A stretch of 64,000 bases of DNA, from positions 2,108,001 to 2,172,000 of the forward strand of contig OZ059895.1 of the NCBI GenBank assembly GCA_964057225.1. The letters are read 5' to 3'. Under the pieces are notes generated by a model. It saw nothing but the letters and a program-made list of their open reading frames with translations. It searched no databases and was not told the origin of the DNA. Source of the stretch: Auanema rhodensis. Its lineage: Eukaryota > Animalia > Nematoda. This document shows positions 53,501 through 64,000 of this stretch, in pieces. Within the stretch, counting starts at the first letter, position 1; each line of letters begins with the position of its first letter. A program made the position numbers and the translations under genes.

Positions 53501-56500
53501 CGAAAAAATTTTTGTCAAAATGTTTTTGGAAGCAATGTTGAGTGTACATGAAAACTCAACATACACTAATGCATCATTTTTCAAACGATTATAACTAATT
53601 TTTGTATTAAGCTTTTCTCAATGTAGTATAGTGCATTCGATGCCGATTTTTAAGCTGCGTCGATCTGTGTTATCAGATTTGCGCTAGCTTAAAAATGCAC
53701 CGAGATATCAACTGATATAAGTTCACACTTATATTCTTGATTTTCACCCTGAAGAATTAATTTTTTCGTTGAATAACATTGTCCATCGTCTTTGCCTTGA
53801 AAAATGGAATCTAAAAACATCTACTTTTTGCTAAATTATTTTAAAATTTTTCGAAAAAATTTTTGTCAAAATGTTTTTGGAAGCAATGTTGAGTGTACAT
53901 GAAAACTCAACATACACTAATGCATCATTTTTCAAACGATTATAACTAATTTTTGTATTAAGCTTTTCTCAATGTAGTATAGTGCATTCGATGCGGATTT
54001 TTAAGCTGCGTCGATCTGTGTTATCAGATTTGCGCTAGCTTAAAAATGCACCGAGATATCAACTGATATAAGTTCACACTTATATTCTTGATTTTCACCC
54101 TGAAGAATTAATTTTTTCGTTGAATAACATTGTCCATCGTCTTTGCCTTGAAAAATGGAATCTAAAAACATCTACTTTTTGCTAAATTATTTTGAAATTT
54201 TTCGAAAAAATTTTTGTCAAAATGTTTTTGGAAGCAATGTTGAGTGTACATGAAAACTCAACATACACTAATGCATCATTTTTCAAACGATTATAACTAA
54301 TTTTTGTATTAAGCTTTTCTCAATGTAGTATAGTGCATTCGATGCGGATTTTTAAGCTGCGTCGATCTGTGTTATCAGATTTGCGCTAGCTTAAAAATGC
54401 ACCGAGATATCAACTGATATAAGTTCACACTTATATTCTTGATTTTCACCCTGAAGAATTAATTTTTTCGTTGAATAACATTGTCCATCGTCTTTGCCTT
54501 GAAAAATGGAATCTAAAAACATCTACTTTTTGCTAAATTATTTTGAAATTTTTCGAAAAAATTTTTGTCAAAATGTTTTTGGAAGCAATGTTGAGTGTAC
54601 ATGGAAACTCAACATACACTAATGCATCATTTTTCAAACGATCATAACTAATTTTTGTATTAAGCTTTTCTCAATGTAGTATAGTGCATTCGATGCGGAT
54701 TTTTAAGCTGCGTCGATCTGTGTTATCAGATTTGCGCTAGCTTAAAAATGCACCGAGATATCAACTGATATAAGTTCACACTTATATCCTCGATTTTCAC
54801 CCTGAAGAATTAATTTTTTCGTTGAATAACATCGTCCATCGTCTTTGCCTTGAAAAATGGAATCTAAAAACATCTACTTTTTGCTAAATTATTTTGAAAT
54901 TTTTCGAAAAAATTTTTGTCAAAATGTTTTTGGAAGCAATGTTGAGTGTACATGGAAACTCAATATACACAAATGCATCATTTTTCAAACGATCATAACT
55001 AATTTTTGTATTAAGCTTTTCTCAATGTAGTATAGTGCATTCGATGCGGATTTTTAAGCTGCGTCGATCTGTGTTATCAGATTTGCGCTAGCTTAAAAAT
55101 GCACCGAGATATCAACTGATATAAGTTTACACTTATATCCTCGATTTTCACCCTGAAGAATTAATTTTTTCGTTGAATAACATCGTCCATCGTCTTTGCC
55201 TTGAAAAATGGAATCTAAAAACATCTACTTTTTGCTAAATTATTTTGAAATTTTTCGAAAAAATTTTTGTCAAAATGTTTTTGGAAGCAATGTTGAGTGT
55301 ACATGGAAACTCAACATACACTAATGCATCATTTTTCAAACGATCATAACTAATTTTTGTATTAAGCGTTTCTCAATGTAGTATAGTGCATTCGATGCGG
55401 ATTTTTAAGCTGCGTCGATCTGTGTTATCAGATTTGCGCTAGCTTAAAAATGCACCGAGATATCAACTGATATAAGTTTACACTTATATCCTCGATTTTC
55501 ACCCTGAAGAATTAATTTTTTCGTTGAATAACATTGTCCATCGTCTTTGCCTTGAAAAATGGAATCTAAAAACATCTACTTTTTGCTAAATTATTTTGAA
55601 ATTTTTCGAAAAAATTTTTGTCAAAATGTTTTTGGAAGCAATGTTGAGTGTACATGGAAACTCAACATACACTAATGCATCATTTTTCAAACGATCATAA
55701 CTAATTTTTGTATTAAGCTTTTCTCAATGTAGTATAGTGCATTCGATGCGGATTTTTAAGCTGCGTCGATCTGTGTTATCAGATTTGCGCTAGCTTAAAA
55801 ATGCACCGAGATATCAACTGATATAAGTTCACACTTATATCCTCGATTTTCACCCTGAAGAATTAATTTTTTCGTTGAATAACATCGTCCATCGTCTTTG
55901 CCTTGAAAAATGGAATCTAAAAACATCTACTTTTTGCTAAATTATTTTGAAATTTTTCGAAAAAATTTTTGTCAAAATGTTTTTGGAAGCAATGTTGAGT
56001 GTACATGGAAACTCAACATACACTAATGCATCATTTTTCAAACGATCATAACTAATTTTTGTATTAAGCTTTTCTCAATGTAGTATAGTGCATTCGATGC
56101 GGATTTTTAAGCTGCGTCGATCTGTGTTATCAGATTTGCGCTAGCTTAAAAATGCACCGAGATATCAACTGATATAAGTTTACACTTATATCCTCGATTT
56201 TCACCCTGAAGAATTAATTTTTTCGTTGAATAACATCGTCCATCGTCTTTGCCTTGAAAAATGGAATCTAAAAACATCTACTTTTTGCTAAATTATTTTG
56301 AAATTTTTCGAAAAAATTTTTGTCAAAATGTTTTTGGAAGCAATGTTGAGTGTACGTGGAAACTCAACATACACTAATGCATCATTTTTCAAACGATTAT
56401 AACTAATTTTTGTATTAAGCTTTTCTCAATGTAGTATAGTGCATTCGATGCGGATTTTTAAGCTGCGTCGATCTGTGTTATCAGATTTGCGCTAGCTTAA

Positions 56501-57604
56501 AAATGCACCGAGATATCAACTGATATAAGTTCACACTTATATCCTCGATTTTCACCCTGAAGAATTAATTTTTTCGTTGAATAACATCGTCCATCGTCTT
56601 TGCCTTGAAAAATGGAATCTAAAAACATCTACTTTTTGCTAAATTATTTTGAAATTTTTCGAAAAAATTTTTGTCAAAATGTTTTTGGAAGCAATGTTGA
56701 GTGTACATGGAAACTCAACATACACTAATGCATCATTTTTCAAACGATCATAACTAATTTTTGTATTAAGCTTTTCTCAATGTAGTATAGTGCATTCGAT
56801 GCGGATTTTTAAGCTGCGTCGATCTGTGTTATCAGATTTGCGCTAGCTTAAAAATGCACCGAGATATCAACTGATATAGGTTCACACTTATATCCTCGAT
56901 TTTCACCCTGAAGAATTAATTTTTTCGTTGAATAACATCGTCCATCGTCTTTGCCTTGAAAAATGGAATCTAAAAACATCTACTTTTTGCTAAATTATTT
57001 TGAAATTTTTCGAAAAAATTTTTGTCAAAATGTTTTTGGAAGCAATGTTGAGTGTACATGGAAACTCAACATACACTAATGCATCATTTTTCAAACGATC
57101 ATAACTAATTTTTGTATTAAGCTTTTCTCAATGTAGTATAGTGCATTCGATGCGGATTTTTAAGCTGCGTCGATCTGTGTTATCAGATTTGCGCTAGCTT
57201 AAAAATGCACCGAGATATCAACTGATATAAGTTTACACTTATATCCTCGATTTTCACCCTGAAGAATTAATTTTTTCGTTGAATAACATCGTCCATCGTC
57301 TTTGCCTTGAAAAATGGAATCTAAAAACATCTACTTTTTGCTAAATTATTTTGAAATTTTTCGAAAAAATTTTTGTCAAAATGTTTTTGGAAGCAATGTT
57401 GAGTGTACATGGAAACTCAACATACACTAATGCATCATTTTTCAAACGATCATAACTAATTTTTGTATTAAGCGTTTCTCAATGTAGTATAGTGCATTCG
57501 ATGCGGATTTTTAAGCTGCGTCGATCTGTGTTATCAGATTTGCGCTAGCTTAAAAATGCACCGAGATATCAACTGATATAAGTTTACACTTATATCCTCG
57601 ATTT

Positions 57605-60600
57605 TCACCCTGAAGAATTAATTTTTTCGTTGAATAACATTGTCCATCGTCTTTGCCTTGAAAAATGGAATCTAAAAACATCTACTTTTTGCTAAATTAT
57701 TTTGAAATTTTTCGAAAAAATTTTTGTCAAAATGTTTTTGGAAGCAATGTTGAGTGTACATGGAAACTCAACATACACTAATGCATCATTTTTCAAACGA
57801 TCATAACTAATTTTTGTATTAAGTTTTTCTCAATGTAGTATAGTGCATTCGATGCGGATTTTTAAGCTGCGTCGATCTGTGTTATCAGATTTGCGCTAGC
57901 TTAAAAATGCACCGAGATATCAACTGATATAAGTTCACACTTATATCCTCGATTTTCACCCTGAAGAATTAATTTTTTCGTTGAATAACATCGTCCATCG
58001 TCTTTGCCTTGAAAAATGGAATCTAAAAACATCTACTTTTTGCTAAATTATTTTGAAATTTTTCGAAAAAATTTTTGTCAAAATGTTTTTGGAAGCAATG
58101 TTGAGTGTACATGGAAACTCAACATACACTAATGCATCATTTTTCAAACGATCATAACTAATTTTTGTATTAAGCTTTTCTCAATGTAGTATAGTGCATT
58201 CGATGCGGATTTTTAAGCTGCGTCGATCTGTGTTATCAGATTTGCGCTAGCTTAAAAATGCACCGAGATATCAACTGATATAAGTTCACACTTATATCCT
58301 CGATTTTCACCCTGAAGAATTAATTTTTTCGTTGAATAACATCGTCCATCGTCTTTGCCTTGAAAAATGGAATCTAAAAACATCTACTTTTTGCTAAATT
58401 ATTTTGAAATTTTTCGAAAAAATTTTTGTCAAAATGTTTTTGGAAGCAATGTTGAGTGTACATGGAAACTCAACATACACTAATGCATCATTTTTCAAAC
58501 GATCATAACTAATTTTTGTATTAAGCTTTTCTCAATGTAGTATAGTGCATTCGATGCGGATTTTTAAGCTGCGTCGATCTGTGTTATCAGATTTGCGCTA
58601 GCTTAAAAATGCACCGAGATATCAACTGATATAAGTTTACACTTATATCCTCGATTTTCACCCTGAAGAATTAATTTTTTCGTTGAATAACATCGTCCAT
58701 CGTCTTTGCCTTGAAAAATGGAATCTAAAAACATCTACTTTTTGCTAAATTATTTTGAAATTTTTCGAAAAATTTTTGTCAAAATGTTTTTGGAAGCAAT
58801 GTTGAGTGTACATGGAAACTCAACATACACTAATGCATCATTTTTCAAACGATCATAACTAATTTTTGTATTAAGCGTTTCTCAATGTAGTATAGTGCAT
58901 TCGATGCGGATTTTTAAGCTGCGTCGATCTGTGTTATCAGATTTGCGCTAGCTTAAAAATGCACCGAGATATCAACTGATATAAGTTTACACTTATATCC
59001 TCGATTTTCACCCTGAAGAATTAATTTTTTCGTTGAATAACATTGTCCATCGTCTTTGCCTTGAAAAATGGAATCTAAAAACATCTACTTTTTGCTAAAT
59101 TATTTTGAAATTTTTCGAAAAAATTTTTGTCAAAATGTTTTTGGAAGCAATGTTGAGTGTACATGGAAACTCAACATACACTAATGCATCATTTTTCAAA
59201 CGATCATAACTAATTTTTGTATTAAGTTTTTCTCAATGTAGTATAGTGCATTCGATGCGGATTTTTAAGCTGCGTCGATCTGTGTTATCAGATTTGCGCT
59301 AGCTTAAAAATGCACCGAGATATCAACTGATATAAGTTCACACTTATATCCTCGATTTTCACCCTGAAGAATTAATTTTTTCGTTGAATAACATCGTCCA
59401 TCGTCTTTGCCTTGAAAAATGGAATCTAAAAACATCTACTTTTTGCTAAATTATTTTGAAATTTTTCGAAAAAATTTTTGTCAAAATGTTTTTGGAAGCA
59501 ATGTTGAGTGTACATGGAAACTCAACATACACTAATGCATCATTTTTCAAACGATCATAACTAATTTTTGTATTAAGCTTTTCTCAATGTAGTATAGTGC
59601 ATTCGATGCGGATTTTTAAGCTGCGTCGATCTGTGTTATCAGATTTGCGCTAGCTTAAAAATGCACCGAGATATCAACTGATATAAGTTCACACTTATAT
59701 CCTCGATTTTCACCCTGAAGAATTAATTTTTTCGTTGAATAACATCGTCCATCGTCTTTGCCTTGAAAAATGGAATCTAAAAACATCTACTTTTTGCTAA
59801 ATTATTTTGAAATTTTTCGAAAAAATTTTTGTCAAAATGTTTTTGGAAGCAATGTTGAGTGTACATGGAAACTCAACATACACTAATGCATCATTTTTCA
59901 AACGATCATAACTAATTTTTGTATTAAGCTTTTCTCAATGTAGTATAGTGCATTCGATGCGGATTTTTAAGCTGCGTCGATCTGTGTTATCAGATTTGCG
60001 CTAGCTTAAAAATGCACCGAGATATCAACTGATATAAGTTTACACTTATATCCTCGATTTTCACCCTGAAGAATTAATTTTTTCGTTGAATAACATCGTC
60101 CATCGTCTTTGCCTTGAAAAATGGAATCTAAAAACATCTACTTTTTGCTAAATTATTTTGAAATTTTTCGAAAAAATTTTTGTCAAAATGTTTTTGGAAG
60201 CAATGTTGAGTGTACGTGGAAACTCAACATACACTAATGCATCATTTTTCAAACGATTATAACTAATTTTTGTATTAAGCTTTTCTCAATGTAGTATAGT
60301 GCATTCGATGCGGATTTTTAAGCTGCGTCGATCTGTGTTATCAGATTTGCGCTAGCTTAAAAATGCACCGAGATATCAACTGATATAAGTTTACACTTAT
60401 ATCCTCGATTTTCACCCTGAAGAATTAATTTTTTCGTTGAATAACATTGTCCATCGTCTTTGCCTTGAAAAATGGAATCTAAAAACATCTACTTTTTGCT
60501 AAATTATTTTGAAATTTTTCGAAAAAATTTTTGTCAAAATGTTTTTGGAAGCAATGTTGAGTGTACATGGAAACTCAACATACACTAATGCATCATTTTT

Positions 60601-61815
60601 CAAACGATCATAACTAATTTTTGTATTAAGTTTTTCTCAATGTAGTATAGTGCATTCGATGCGGATTTTTAAGCTGCGTCGATCTGTGTTATCAGATTTG
60701 CGCTAGCTTAAAAATGCACCGAGATATCAACTGATATAAGTTCACACTTATATCCTCGATTTTCACCCTGAAGAATTAATTTTTTCGTTGAATAACATCG
60801 TCCATCGTCTTTGCCTTGAAAAATGGAATCTAAAAACATCTACTTTTTGCTAAATTATTTTGAAATTTTTCGAAAAAATTTTTGTCAAAATGTTTTTGGA
60901 AGCAATGTTGAGTGTACATGGAAACTCAACATACACTAATGCATCATTTTTCAAACGATCATAACTAATTTTTGTATTAAGCTTTTCTCAATGTAGTATA
61001 GTGCATTCGATGCGGATTTTTAAGCTGCGTCGATCTGTGTTATCAGATTTGCGCTAGCTTAAAAATGCACCGAGATATCAACTGATATAAGTTCACACTT
61101 ATATCCTCGATTTTCACCCTGAAGAATTAATTTTTTCGTTGAATAACATCGTCCATCGTCTTTGCCTTGAAAAATGGAATCTAAAAACATCTACTTTTTG
61201 CTAAATTATTTTGAAATTTTTCGAAAAAATTTTTGTCAAAATGTTTTTGGAAGCAATGTTGAGTGTACATGGAAACTCAACATACACTAATGCATCATTT
61301 TTCAAACGATCATAACTAATTTTTGTATTAAGCTTTTCTCAATGTAGTATAGTGCATTCGATGCGGATTTTTAAGCTGCGTCGATCTGTGTTATCAGATT
61401 TGCGCTAGCTTAAAAATGCACCGAGATATCAACTGATATAAGTTTACACTTATATCCTCGATTTTCACCCTGAAGAATTAATTTTTTCGTTGAATAACAT
61501 CGTCCATCGTCTTTGCCTTGAAAAATGGAATCTAAAAACATCTACTTTTTGCTAAATTATTTTGAAATTTTTCGAAAAAATTTTTGTCAAAATGTTTTTG
61601 GAAGCAATGTTGAGTGTACGTGGAAACTCAACATACACTAATGCATCATTTTTCAAACGATTATAACTAATTTTTGTATTAAGCTTTTCTCAATGTAGTA
61701 TAGTGCATTCGATGCGGATTTTTAAGCTGCGTCGATCTGTGTTATCAGATTTGCGCTAGCTTAAAAATGCACCGAGATATCAACTGATATAAGTTCACAC
61801 TTATATCCTCGATTT
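57605..61815. repeat. 4-monomer higher-order repeat (~1404 bp) x3
   Basis: Private TAAGTTTT variant at 57824, 59227 and 60631 (spacing 1403, 1404). Confidence 0.85.
58768..58772. other. Single 1-bp deletion (A6 to A5), giving a 350-bp monomer (58658-59007)
   Basis: TTTTTCGAAAAATTTTTG versus the usual TTTTTCGAAAAAATTTTTG; the register shifts by -1. May be a homopolymer error. Confidence 0.8.
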
Positions 61816-64000
61816 TCACCCTGAAGAATTAATTTTTTCGTTGAATAACATCGTCCATCGTCTTTGCCTTGAAAAATGGAATCTAAAAACATCTACTTTT
61901 TGCTAAATTATTTTGAAATTTTTCGAAAAAATTTTTGTCAAAATGTTTTTGGAAGCAATGTTGAGTGTACATGGAAACTCAACATACACTAATGCATCAT
62001 TTTTCAAACGATCATAACTAATTTTTGTATTAAGCTTTTCTCAATGTAGTATAGTGCATTCGATGCGGATTTTTAAGCTGCGTCGATCTGTGTTATCAGA
62101 TTTGCGCTAGCTTAAAAATGCACCGAGATATCAACTGATATAAGTTCACACTTATATCCTCGATTTTCACCCTGAAGAATTAATTTTTTCGTTGAATAAC
62201 ATCGTCCATCGTCTTTGCCTTGAAAAATGGAATCTAAAAACATCTACTTTTTGCTAAATTATTTTGAAATTTTTCGAAAAAATTTTTGTCAAAATGTTTT
62301 TGGAAGCAATGTTGAGTGTACATGGAAACTCAACATAAACTAATGCATCATTTTTCAAACGATCATAACTAATTTTTGTATTAAGCTTTTCTCAATGTAG
62401 TATAGTGCATTCGATGCGGATTTTTAAGCTGCGTCGATCTGTGTTATCAGATTTGCGCTAGCTTAAAAATGCACCGAGATATCAACTGATATAAGTTCAC
62501 ACTTATATCCTCGATTTTCACCCTGAAGAATTAATTTTTTCGTTGAATAACATCGTCCATCGTCTTTGCCTTGAAAAATGGAATCTAAAAACATCTACTT
62601 TTTGCTAAATTATTTTGAAATTTTTCGAAAAAATTTTTGTCAAAATGTTTTTGGAAGCAATGTTGAGTGTACGTGGAAACTCAACATACACTAATGCATC
62701 ATTTTTCAAACGATCATAACTAATTTTTGTATTATGCTTTTCTCAATGTAGTATAGTGCATTCGATGCGGATTTTTAAGCTGCGTCGATCTGTGTTATCA
62801 GATTTGCGCTAGCTGAAAAATGCACCGAGATATCAACTGATATAAGTTCACACTTATATCCTCGATTTTCACCCTGAAGAATTAATTTTTTCGTTGAATA
62901 ACATCGTCCATCGTCTTTGCCTTGAAAAATGGAATCTAAAAACATCTACTTTTTGCTAAATTATTTTGAAATTTTTCGAAAAAATTTTTGTCAAAATGTT
63001 TTTGGAAGCAATGTTGAGTGTACATGGAAACTCAACATACACTAATGCATCATTTTTCAAACGATCATAACTAATTTTTGTATTAAGCTTTTCTCAATGT
63101 AGTATAGTGCATTCGATGCGGATTTTTAAGCTGCGTCGATCTGTGTTATCAGATTTGCGCTAGCTTAAAAATGCACCGAGATATCAACTGATATAAGTTT
63201 ACACTTATATCCTCGATTTTCACCCTGAAGAATTAATTTTTTCGTTGAATAACATCGTCCATCGTCTTTGCCTTGAAAAATGGAATCTAAAAACATCTAC
63301 TTTTTGCTAAATTATTTTGAAATTTTTCGAAAAAATTTTTGTCAAAATGTTTTTGGAAGCAATGTTGAGTGTACGTGGAAACTCAACATACACTAATGCA
63401 TCATTTTTCAAACGATCATAACTAATTTTTGTATTATGCTTTTCTCAATGTAGTATAGTGCATTCAATGCGGATTTTTAAGCTGCGTCGATCTGTGTTAT
63501 CAGATTTGCGCTAGCTTAAAAATGCACCGAGATATCAACTGATATAAGTTTACACTTATATCCTCGATTTTCACCCTGAAGAATTAATTTTTTCGTTGAA
63601 TAACATTGTCCATCGTCTTTGCCTTGAAAAATGGAATCTAAAAACATCTACTTTTTGCTAAATTATTTTGAAATTTTTCGAAAAAATTTTTGTCAAAATG
63701 TTTTTGGAAGCAATGTTGAGTGTACATGGAAACTCAACATACACTAATGCATCATTTTTCAAACGATCATAACTAATTTTTGTATTAAGCTTTTCTCAAT
63801 GAAGTATAGTGCATTCGATGCGGATTTTTAAGCTGCGTCGATCTGTGTTATCAGATTTGCGCTAGCTGAAAAATGCACCGAGATATCAACTGATATAAGT
63901 TCACACTTATATCCTCGATTTTCACCCTGAAGAATTAATTTTTTCGTTGAATAACATCGTCCATCGTCTTTGCCTTGAAAAATGGAATCTAAAAACATCT

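Larger units (their letters stand above)
20389..54445. repeat. Large diverged duplication: ~20389-36534 versus ~36535-54445
   Basis: Monomer series 20389-22494 matches 36535-38640 and 22846-24600 matches 40055-41809 by rare SNPs; later markers follow in the same order in both halves. Confidence 0.75.
1..64000. repeat. Tandem satellite DNA array, 351-bp monomer, 182 full copies + 79-bp partial, single orientation
   Basis: TCACCCTGAAGAA recurs at 1, 352, 703, 1054 ... 60061 ... 63571, 63922. The length arithmetic closes exactly: 182x351 + 5x6 + 10 - 1 = 63921. No non-satellite interruption was seen and both window ends lie inside the array. Confidence 0.99.

Noticed and set aside
1-64000. CRISPR-like array (palindromic repeats at regular spacing)
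   Set aside because: There are no unique spacers (the whole 351 bp repeats) and no cas genes.
1-64000. Giant repetitive protein gene (351 and 357 are multiples of 3)
   Set aside because: The ORF track shows nothing longer than 63 aa; stops recur in every monomer, and the +10 and -1 indels break frame.
1-64000. Assignment to a named satellite family or species
   Set aside because: Only length and AT content resemble known insect satellites; I cannot verify homology without a search.
1-64000. Purely artefactual concatemer (rolling-circle or collapsed assembly)
   Set aside because: Variants are shared in ordered, nested blocks rather than being random or absent, which indicates a real evolving array, although individual duplications still need read validation.

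Overview
The whole 64-kb window is one uninterrupted head-to-tail tandem array of an AT-rich (about 32% GC) 351-bp satellite monomer: 182 complete copies plus a 79-bp partial, all in one orientation and differing by only a few percent. I found no supportable gene, RNA gene, CRISPR array or transposon insertion; the 13 listed 63-aa ORFs come from a single satellite SNP. It looks like eukaryotic (peri)centromeric or heterochromatic satellite DNA, probably from an invertebrate (CpG is not depleted), but I cannot name the family or species. Reading the variants monomer by monomer shows nested higher-order repeats (2/3-mer, 4-mer, 7-mer, a 16-mer tandem duplication and a rearranged ~16-18 kb duplication), a left-to-right turnover of variants, only three kinds of length variant (357, 361, 350 bp) and a monomer rich in inverted repeats whose common variants tend to fall in the loops. 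I did not find a new protein-coding system. All counts are by eye and should be confirmed by alignment.
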